Part shown: piece after piece, positions 24,164 through 32,000 of the stretch
How positions within the stretch are numbered: the stretch's first letter is position 1
How the letters are laid out: the number at the start of each line of letters is the position of its first letter
Source: Corynebacterium glutamicum ATCC 13032
Lineage (GTDB): Bacteria; Actinomycetota; Actinomycetes; Mycobacteriales; Mycobacteriaceae
Length of the DNA stretch: 32,000 bases
Direction: 5' to 3'
Assembly (NCBI RefSeq): GCF_000011325.1
Contig: NC_003450.3
Span: forward strand, 2,820,001-2,852,000
Made by a program: the position numbers and the translations under genes
Notes under the pieces: generated by a model
Told to the model about the DNA's origin: nothing
The model's input: the letters and a program-made list of their open reading frames with translations, nothing else
Databases searched by the model: none

Positions 24164-26941
24164 CTACTCCTTGCTTGGAGCAGTGCCTCCCTGATCATCG
24201 GTGCCGTAGTAGTCACCGGACACCTGATCAATGTCGGTGCCGTTTTCTACATCTTCCTCAAACTTTTCAAGGGTTTCAAGGTCAATGTCGGAAAGTGAAT
24301 CGGTTTCTGGGACATCGCCGTCAGCTGCAGAATCTACATCTTGAATTGCTTCCGCAGCCTCGACAGAGATCTCAGAGAACTTACCTTCTGGCATTGGCTT
24401 TGGACGTGGTGTGAAGGTGAACTTCGCACGGTCGGTGTCCTTGGACTCGCCGTCCCAGCCTTCGACGTCAACGGTGACGATCTCGCCTGCGCCGATTTCA
24501 CCGAAGAGGATCTTCTCGGACATCTGGTCTTCAATTTCGCGCTGGATGGTGCGACGCAATGGTCGTGCACCCAGAACTGGATCGAAGCCTCGGTTAGCCA
24601 GGAGGTCCTTGGCCTTCTCAGTCAGTTCGATGCTCATGTCCTTCTCAGCCAGTGCGTTGGAAACGCGACCGATAAGAAGGTCGACCATCTGAACGATCTG
24701 ATCCTTGGTGAGCTGGTGGAAGACCACGATCTCATCAATACGGTTCAGGAACTCAGGGCGGAAGTGCTTCTTCAGCTCGTCGTGGACCTTGTTCTTCATG
24801 CGGTCGTACTGAGCATCGCTGTCAGTCTCGGAGGATCCGGAGAAGCCCAGGCCAACAGCCTTGGAGATGTCAGCGGTGCCCAGGTTGGAGGTGAAGATCA
24901 GGACGGTGTTCTTGAAGTCCACGATGCGTCCCTGACCATCGGTAAGGCGACCATCTTCCAACACCTGCAGCAAGGTGTTGTAGATCTCCTTGTGGGCCTT
25001 CTCGATTTCGTCGAAAAGCACAACGGAGAATGGCTTACGGCGAACCTTCTCGGTCAGCTGGCCACCTTCTTCGTAGCCAACGTATCCCGGAGGGGCACCG
25101 AAAAGTCGGGACGCGGTGAAGCGGTCGTGGAACTCACCCATGTCGATTTGGATGAGGGAATCATCGTCACCGAAGAGGAATCCTGCGAGAGCCTTGGACA
25201 GCTCGGTCTTACCAACGCCGGATGGACCAGCGAAGATGAAGGAGCCGGAAGGACGCTTAGGATCCTTCAGACCTGCACGGGTACGACGGATCGCACGGGA
25301 GACAGCCTTGACAGCTTCATCCTGTCCGATGATGCGCTTGTGCAACTCTTCTTCCATGTTGAGCAGGCGTGAAGATTCAGCTTCGGTGAGCTTGAAGACA
25401 GGAATACCAGTCCAGTTGGCCAGTACTTCTGCGATCTGCTCTTCGCCAACCTCAGCGATGTCCTCGAGGTCGCCGGAGCGCCACTGCTTTTCCTTCTCTG
25501 AACGCTCTTCGCCGAGCTTGCGCTCCTTATCGCGAAGACCTGCTGCCTTCTCAAAGTCCTGAGCATCGATCGCTGCTTCCTTCTCACGGCGAACATCAGC
25601 GATACGCTCATCAACCTCGCGGAGGGAGGAAGGTGCGGTCATGCGCTTGATGCGCATGCGGGCGCCAGCCTCATCGATGAGGTCAACGGCCTTATCTGGC
25701 AAGAAGCGGTCGTTGATGTAGCGATCAGCAAGCTGAGCTGCTGCAGTAAGAGCACCATCGGTGATGGATACGCGGTGGTGAGCTTCGTAGCGGTCGCGCA
25801 GACCCTTCAAGATCTCAACGGTGAGATCAACCGAAGGCTCTGGAACCTGCACTGGCTGGAAACGACGCTCAAGAGCTGCGTCCTTTTCAATGTGCTTACG
25901 GTACTCATCCAGGGTGGTTGCACCAATGGTCTGCAGTTCACCGCGGGCAAGCTTTGGCTTAAGCAGGGAGGCAGCGTCGATTGCGCCTTCTGCTGCACCT
26001 GCACCCACGAGGGTGTGGATCTCATCGATAAACAGGATGATGTCGCCGCGCTGGTTAATCTCCTTGAGGACCTTCTTCAGTCGCTCTTCGAAGTCACCGC
26101 GGTAACGGGAACCTGCAACCAGGGAACCTAAGTCAAGGGAGTAAACCTGCTTGTCCTTGAGGGTCTCTGGAACCTTGCCGTTAACAATGTCTAGTGCAAG
26201 ACCTTCAACAACTGCGGTCTTACCAACACCTGGCTCACCAATAAGAACTGGGTTGTTCTTGGTACGACGGGAGAGCACCTGCATGATGCGCTCGATTTCC
26301 TTATCGCGACCAACAACTGGATCCAGCTTGCCGTCCTTTGCAGCCTGGGTGAGGTTGCGGCCGAACTGGTCAAGGACCAAAGAGGTAGAACGCTCGCCTG
26401 GGCTGCCCGAAGATGGACGACCGCCAGGAGCAGCTCCTGCACCAACAGCGTCACCGCCAGTAGGGGCGCCCTGGCCGCCCTCTGGGGATCCGCCCTGGCC
26501 ACCTTCGTAGCCGGAGAGAAGCTGAATAACTTGCTGACGCACGCGTGGCAGATCAGCACCAAGCTTGACCAGGACCTGGGCAGCAACGCCCTCGCCCTCA
26601 CGGATCAAACCGAGAAGCAGGAACTCAGTACCGATGTACTTGTGTCCCATTTGTAGGCCTTCGCGGAGGCTGAGCTCCAGGACCTTCTTGGCACGTGGAG
26701 TAAAAGGAATGTGGCCGGTGGTGGGCTGGGAGCCCTGGCCGATAATCTCTTCGACTTCCTGGCGGACGGCGTCCAGGGAAATTCCCATGGATTCCAAAGC
26801 CTTGGCTGCAACGCCCTCGCCCTCGTGAATGAGGCCGAGGAGAATGTGCTCCGTGCCGATGTAATTGTGGTTGAGCATGCGCGCCTCTTCCTGCGCGAGC
26901 ACAATCACGCGGCGTGCACGATCGGTAAACCTCTCGAACAT
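24164..26941 (-). CDS. clpC: ATP-dependent Clp protease ATP-binding subunit ClpC
   Basis: 925-aa ORF. Clp_N repeats at the N-terminus, two AAA+ modules (GEPGVGKT and GPSGVGKTE), a Gly-rich linker after the N-domain and an acidic C-terminal extension. Confidence 0.95.
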   Translation of the reverse strand: MFERFTDRARRVIVLAQEEARMLNHNYIGTEHILLGLIHEGEGVAAKALESMGISLDAVRQEVEEIIGQGSQPTTGHIPFTPRAKKVLELSLREGLQMGHKYIGTEFLLLGLIREGEGVAAQVLVKLGADLPRVRQQVIQLLSGYEGGQGGSPEGGQGAPTGGDAVGAGAAPGGRPSSGSPGERSTSLVLDQFGRNLTQAAKDGKLDPVVGRDKEIERIMQVLSRRTKNNPVLIGEPGVGKTAVVEGLALDIVNGKVPETLKDKQVYSLDLGSLVAGSRYRGDFEERLKKVLKEINQRGDIILFIDEIHTLVGAGAAEGAIDAASLLKPKLARGELQTIGATTLDEYRKHIEKDAALERRFQPVQVPEPSVDLTVEILKGLRDRYEAHHRVSITDGALTAAAQLADRYINDRFLPDKAVDLIDEAGARMRIKRMTAPSSLREVDERIADVRREKEAAIDAQDFEKAAGLRDKERKLGEERSEKEKQWRSGDLEDIAEVGEEQIAEVLANWTGIPVFKLTEAESSRLLNMEEELHKRIIGQDEAVKAVSRAIRRTRAGLKDPKRPSGSFIFAGPSGVGKTELSKALAGFLFGDDDSLIQIDMGEFHDRFTASRLFGAPPGYVGYEEGGQLTEKVRRKPFSVVLFDEIEKAHKEIYNTLLQVLEDGRLTDGQGRIVDFKNTVLIFTSNLGTADISKAVGLGFSGSSETDSDAQYDRMKNKVHDELKKHFRPEFLNRIDEIVVFHQLTKDQIVQMVDLLIGRVSNALAEKDMSIELTEKAKDLLANRGFDPVLGARPLRRTIQREIEDQMSEKILFGEIGAGEIVTVDVEGWDGESKDTDRAKFTFTPRPKPMPEGKFSEISVEAAEAIQDVDSAADGDVPETDSLSDIDLETLEKFEEDVENGTDIDQVSGDYYGTDDQGGTAPSKE

Positions 26942-26988
26942 GTCTCTCCCCTTAATTCTTTATTTCTAAATTCGCTTTCACCCACTTT

Positions 26989-27013
26989 AACGCCCTTATT
27001 GGGCAAAACTTCC
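26989..27013 (-). promoter_or_regulatory. Candidate SigH/ECF-type promoter of clpC (GGAAGT-N16-GTT)
   Basis: The minus strand reads TCTGGAAGTTTTGCCCAATAAGGGCGTTAAAG, with GGAA at 27013-27010 and GTT at 26991-26989, about 45 nt upstream of the ATG. It matches the GGAA...GTT ECF pattern. This is prediction by eye. Confidence 0.4.
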
Positions 27014-27100
27014 AGACTTTTTCAGCTCGGCTTGGAATTAGCTAAACACCAAACCATATAAGCCCTGTTCAGGGCTAGTTTTTGAGGCCTGAAAGGCCCT

Positions 27101-27118
27101 GTACGCCTGTAGCGAACA
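27101..27118 (-). promoter_or_regulatory. Candidate ClgR operator upstream of clpC
   Basis: The minus strand reads TGTTCGCTACAGGCGTAC, with a CGC-N5-GCG core. It fits the recalled ClgR consensus WNNWCGCYNANRGCGWWS at 17/18 positions. Confidence 0.5.
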
Positions 27119-27128
27119 CCGGGTTGGG

Positions 27129-27141
27129 GCGTCGAAAAGCA
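27129..27141 (-). repeat. Copy C: exact 13-mer TGCTTTTCGACGC (minus strand), followed by CCCAACCC
   Basis: Identical to the 13-nt core of copies A and B. It is co-oriented with clpC and lies about 190 nt upstream of its ATG. Confidence 0.85.
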
Positions 27142-27214
27142 GTAGTAAAGCAGCAGGAAGGTGGTGGAAAGAGCAATTGAGGTACCCTTGCCGTGTTCAG
27201 GGATAACTGATTAA

Positions 27215-28663
<1,449 letters not shown>

Positions 28664-28687
28664 GTGTTGTTGTGCCTTTGAGATTGT

Positions 28688-28716
28688 GCCGGGAGCTTTA
28701 GGGCTCCCGGCGTTTT
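28688..28716 (+). terminator. Rho-independent terminator of guaB1
   Basis: GCCGGGAGC (28688-28696) pairs with GCTCCCGGC (28703-28711), followed by GTTTT. Confidence 0.8.
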
Positions 28717-28769
28717 CCTATTCCGCATTAATGACTTATGTGATCTAAGACTCTATTGTGGTACGCACC

Positions 28770-29783
28770 ATGACTGCTCAACCAGCCCACGAGCCGCCAA
28801 GGCATCTCCGGTTCAGTACGAGCGGGATCCTCCCGGACAATCGCGTCCAAATGTGGGAGGGCCACAATGCTCGCGCATTGCTTCCGCTCGACATTAGAAC
28901 CATTGACGATCGCCCCATGCAGGCCTCCGAAACCAACCTGCACCTCCCATCAATGCGGATGGCGAGCGTATTCGGGACTTCGCAATTTGTCGAGCGTTCA
29001 GAGAGTTTCATCTCAGAAAACCCCACGGGTGTGGTTGCGATCTTCTTTGCGACTGAAGGTGAAGCAGTCTTCTTCCACCGTGGTGGACATGTAGCGCTTC
29101 GGCCAGGTCAGGCCATTGTTTACGACGCCGATAGGCCATTCCTCCGCGGATTCAACAATCGCTTCCGCGAGCTAGTTCTCACCATCCCGAAGCAGCGCTA
29201 CCTTGAAATTGTTGGCTCAAAAGGCCCTGAGCTTCCCGCTATTTTTGAGTTCGGAGCAACAGGAACCGCCAATGAACAAGCTTTAGCGCGACTAGTTCAG
29301 GAATCTCTACACAGGATTGAAAGTGGCGAGCCGAAGCATATCGATTCCAGTGGACCTTTAGGAAAACCGTGGAGCGATATCGAGCACGAGGCCCACGGAC
29401 TTATCCGCAATGTACTTGGCGACGCCACAAGTAGCGAAGAAGGCTTAATTTCTGCAGCCCAGAGATTTATTGACATCAATATTTCCGAAAGTGACTTACA
29501 AGCGTCGCGGATTGCTGCAGCCGTGGGAATCAGCGAACGCCAACTAAGTCGAATCTTCTCAGACTCAGGACAAACTATCGGACGCTACGTCCTAAACACC
29601 CGACTGGATTTTGCAAAGGAAGCGCTGTCGACACCGGAGCGAGACAAGGTTTCGGTCAGTGAGATCGGTAAGCGCTTTGGGTTCGCTTCCCCAAGTCATT
29701 TCAGTCGCACCTTCCGCGAGCGGTTTGAAATGACGCCGCTTCAATGGAGGAAGGAATCGCAGCGTCAATCCTTTCAAGAGTGA
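28770..29783 (+). CDS. AraC-family transcriptional regulator (probably the activator of the adjacent phenol monooxygenase gene)
   Basis: C-terminal AraC HTH: SVSEIGKRFGFASPSHFSRTFRERFEMTPLQWR. The start is ambiguous (ATG 28770 or GTG 28758), and neither has a clear SD. Confidence 0.8.
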   Translation: MTAQPAHEPPRHLRFSTSGILPDNRVQMWEGHNARALLPLDIRTIDDRPMQASETNLHLPSMRMASVFGTSQFVERSESFISENPTGVVAIFFATEGEAVFFHRGGHVALRPGQAIVYDADRPFLRGFNNRFRELVLTIPKQRYLEIVGSKGPELPAIFEFGATGTANEQALARLVQESLHRIESGEPKHIDSSGPLGKPWSDIEHEAHGLIRNVLGDATSSEEGLISAAQRFIDINISESDLQASRIAAAVGISERQLSRIFSDSGQTIGRYVLNTRLDFAKEALSTPERDKVSVSEIGKRFGFASPSHFSRTFRERFEMTPLQWRKESQRQSFQE

Positions 29784-29835
29784 GGTTTTTGTTCTCAGGC
29801 GGACATCATCTTGCCTAACACAGACAATAAGCTGA

Positions 29836-29860
29836 ATCACACTTTCATTCGCAGTGTGAT
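29836..29860. promoter_or_regulatory. Perfect inverted repeat ATCACACT-N9-AGTGTGAT in the regulator-monooxygenase intergenic region
   Basis: 8-bp arms lie 76 nt upstream of the monooxygenase ATG. Confidence 0.35.
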
Positions 29861-29935
29861 CTGAACTACATTTCTGGTTACTGTACGGAACACGCTCCGT
29901 GAATGAGATAGGAAATCCCCTCGAAAGGACCAGAC

Positions 29936-31819
29936 ATGCAGTTTCATTATGAAGGATACGCAACCGGTGACCCAATGGAGATGCGCGCGGAAGGTAGCGG
30001 AATCAACCGCCCGGACGATCTCCCCGAGGTCATGGATGTTCTCATCGTTGGTGCAGGTCCGGCTGGCACCATCGCAGCGGCTCAGCTTTCCCGATTCCCC
30101 AATGTGACCACCCGCCTCGTAGAGAGAAGCGACCGTCGCCTCGAACTAGCCAATGCAGATGGCGTGCACTCCCGAACCATTGAAACTTTCCAGGCATTTG
30201 GTTTCGCCCACGAGATCCTCGCCGAAGCTCATGAAATCACCGACATGGCGTTCTGGAAGCCGGACCCGCAAAACCCTCGTGAGATCATTCGCGACAACAG
30301 CACCCGCGAGCTGCCACAGCACATCAGTGAATTTCCGATGGCGTTGCTCACCCAGACCCGCATCATCGACCACTTCAACCGGTTCATGAAGAACTCCCCA
30401 ACCAGGATGAAGCCTGACTATGGATACGAGTTCGTGGACTTTGAAGTAGAAGAAGACGCAGAATATCCGGTAATTGTCACCCTCCGCCGCACCAGTGGCG
30501 AGCAAACTGGCGAATTGGTCACCGTCCGCACCAAGTACCTGGTCGGTGCCGATGGTGCACGAAGCCAAGTGCGCAAATCACTGGGATACCGACTCCAAGG
30601 TAAGCAGGCTAACCACGCTTGGGGTGTGATGGATATTCACGCGAACACCGAGTTCCCCGACGTGCGCAAGAAGTGCACCATCAAATCTGATTCGGGTCGC
30701 ACCATCTTGCTCATCCCACGTGAGGGTGGCTTCCTCTTCCGTCTCTACGTTGACCTGGGCGAAGTACCTGATGATGGCAGCAAGGCTGTTCGTGATACCC
30801 CACTCCAGGATGTCATCGACACCGCGAACCAGATCATGGCTCCATTCACCCTCGACGTGAAAAACGTTGTGTGGAACTCCATCTACGAGGTAGGCCACCG
30901 CGTCGCAGACCATTTCGATGACCGTGTTTCAGAAAAAACCTCGAGCGAACACCCACGCATTTTCATTGCTGGCGACGCCTGCCACACCCACAGCGCTAAG
31001 GCTGGCCAGGGCATGAACGTGTCCATGCAGGACGGATTCAACCTTGGCTGGAAGCTTGGACATGTGGCCAGCGGAAATAGCCCACGCGAACTACTTCAGA
31101 CCTACGCTGAAGAGCGCGAAGACATTGCCTACAAGCTCATCGAGTACGACAAGAACTGGTCAACACTCATGGCAAAGCCAAGCAGCGAAATGGGCAGTGC
31201 CCAAGACCTTGAGGATTTCTACCGCGCGAACTCTGAGTTCAATGCCGGCTACATGACCCACTATCCTCCTTCTTCCATCACAATGGATGGCAGCAACCAA
31301 GATCTGGCAAAGGGCTACCCAATTGGCCGACGCTTCAAGTCAGCGATGGTTGGTCGAGTCTGCGACTTCACCGAAACACACCTCGGTCACCAAGCAACAG
31401 CCGACGGACGCATGCGCGCATACGTCTTCGCAGGATCCGATGCACTTAACGGCGAGGGTTCTGAGCTAGACCGCTGGGCAGAATGGGCAGAGGCGAACCT
31501 TGACCCCACGCTTGTCGACGCCAAGGTGATTTACCAAAGCCCTTATACCGAGCTCGACACCCGCCAGGTTCCATCCGTGTTCAAACCTGCAGTCGGGATC
31601 TTCGAACTGACCAATGTGGAAAACTCCTTCGGTATCACCACGGACTCCGACATCTTTGATAGTCGCGAGATCTCCCGCGATGGTGTCGTGGTGGTAGTCC
31701 GACCAGACCAATACGTTTCCGGAATCTTCCCACTCACTGATACCCAAGGGCTTGGCGAATTCCTCACCGGATACTTCCCCAAAATGAAAGGCGCACATCA
31801 GCTAATCAACGCGAACTAA
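29936..31819 (+). CDS. FAD-dependent phenol 2-monooxygenase (PHOX type, with a thioredoxin-like C-terminal domain)
   Basis: 627-aa ORF. The dinucleotide fold is DVLIVGAGPAGT, and GDACHTHSAKAGQGMN is typical of aromatic hydroxylases. AAAGGA lies 7 nt before the ATG. Confidence 0.9.
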   Translation: MQFHYEGYATGDPMEMRAEGSGINRPDDLPEVMDVLIVGAGPAGTIAAAQLSRFPNVTTRLVERSDRRLELANADGVHSRTIETFQAFGFAHEILAEAHEITDMAFWKPDPQNPREIIRDNSTRELPQHISEFPMALLTQTRIIDHFNRFMKNSPTRMKPDYGYEFVDFEVEEDAEYPVIVTLRRTSGEQTGELVTVRTKYLVGADGARSQVRKSLGYRLQGKQANHAWGVMDIHANTEFPDVRKKCTIKSDSGRTILLIPREGGFLFRLYVDLGEVPDDGSKAVRDTPLQDVIDTANQIMAPFTLDVKNVVWNSIYEVGHRVADHFDDRVSEKTSSEHPRIFIAGDACHTHSAKAGQGMNVSMQDGFNLGWKLGHVASGNSPRELLQTYAEEREDIAYKLIEYDKNWSTLMAKPSSEMGSAQDLEDFYRANSEFNAGYMTHYPPSSITMDGSNQDLAKGYPIGRRFKSAMVGRVCDFTETHLGHQATADGRMRAYVFAGSDALNGEGSELDRWAEWAEANLDPTLVDAKVIYQSPYTELDTRQVPSVFKPAVGIFELTNVENSFGITTDSDIFDSREISRDGVVVVVRPDQYVSGIFPLTDTQGLGEFLTGYFPKMKGAHQLINAN

Positions 31820-31837
31820 GGCACAGCTGTTAAAACA

Positions 31838-31872
31838 GTGGACGTTCTGCTCAAATTAAGCAGAATGTCCAC
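31838..31872. terminator. Hairpin between convergent genes (bidirectional terminator candidate)
   Basis: GTGGACGTTCTGC (31838-31850) pairs with GCAGAATGTCCAC (31860-31872), 12/13 bp, across a 9-nt loop. Confidence 0.6.
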
Positions 31873-31878
31873 TTCTGT

Positions 31879-32000
31879 CTAGCCGCGTACAGCTCGAAGG
31901 ACTCGAAGAGTCTTAAGACTGTCCCTCACTCTGCGAGCAGCCATTGCGCTATCGGCAGCTACCTGCAAGGTGCGCTGGTGGGAAGCGTCGACAAGCATCT
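31879..32000 (-). CDS. 3' end of an unidentified minus-strand gene running off the right edge
   Basis: Hand translation gives ...MLVDASHQRTLQVAADSAMAARRVRDSLKTLRVLRAVRG*, an open frame to the window edge with a TAG stop at 31881-31879. It is too short to identify. Confidence 0.4.
   Translation of the reverse strand, partial: MLVDASHQRTLQVAADSAMAARRVRDSLKTLRVLRAVRG

Noticed and set aside
24341-25372. 343-aa plus-strand ORF inside clpC, along with several other antisense ORFs between 24139 and 27061
   Set aside because: These are shadow ORFs opposite the strongly conserved clpC frame. They have no motifs, no start context, and low-complexity Leu/Val/Gly/Asp content.

Overview
The window reads as actinobacterial core chromosome. 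From memory it matches Corynebacterium glutamicum ATCC 13032 around cg2936-cg2966, but this was not verified by any search. Gene order left to right: nanR (partial, minus strand); the sialic-acid ABC importer siaEFGI; a divergent LysE/RhtB exporter and Lrp/AsnC regulator pair; a small membrane protein; carD-ispD-ispF (minus); the OmpR/HisKA two-component pair cgtR5-cgtS5; an LpqE-like lipoprotein; radA-disA; a Ser/Thr-rich membrane-anchored protein; the aldehyde dehydrogenase vdh; a beta-carbonic anhydrase; mutY; an AT-richer accessory block (lipoprotein, DUF4236 miniprotein, butA, and a secreted Rib/YPDG-repeat gene split by one in-frame TGA); an MhuD-like ABM monooxygenase; clpC; guaB1; an AraC regulator; a phenol 2-monooxygenase; and a partial minus-strand ORF at the right edge. 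As I recall it, the backbone is colinear with M. tuberculosis Rv3581c-Rv3596c (ispF, ispD, carD, lpqE, radA, disA, Rv3587c, canB, mutY, mhuD, clpC1). That comparison makes cgtRS5, vdh and the 19.5-23.3 kb block look like lineage-specific insertions. I found no rRNA, tRNA, CRISPR array, IS or transposase, prophage or recognisable defence system, and I do not claim a novel multi-gene system. The most unexplained signals are non-coding. (1) A TGCTTTTCGACGC(N2)CCCTCCACCC element occurs as 23/25-identical direct repeats bracketing cgtRS5, with a third exact 13-mer upstream of clpC and a diverged copy abutting the vdh stop. (2) Three copies of an 18-nt TGGCACGCCTGTCCGGTT element form a roughly 60-nt palindrome in a 417-bp ORF-free gap. 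(3) A single in-frame stop splits the secreted repeat protein. (4) Several perfect inverted repeats sit on start codons or promoters.
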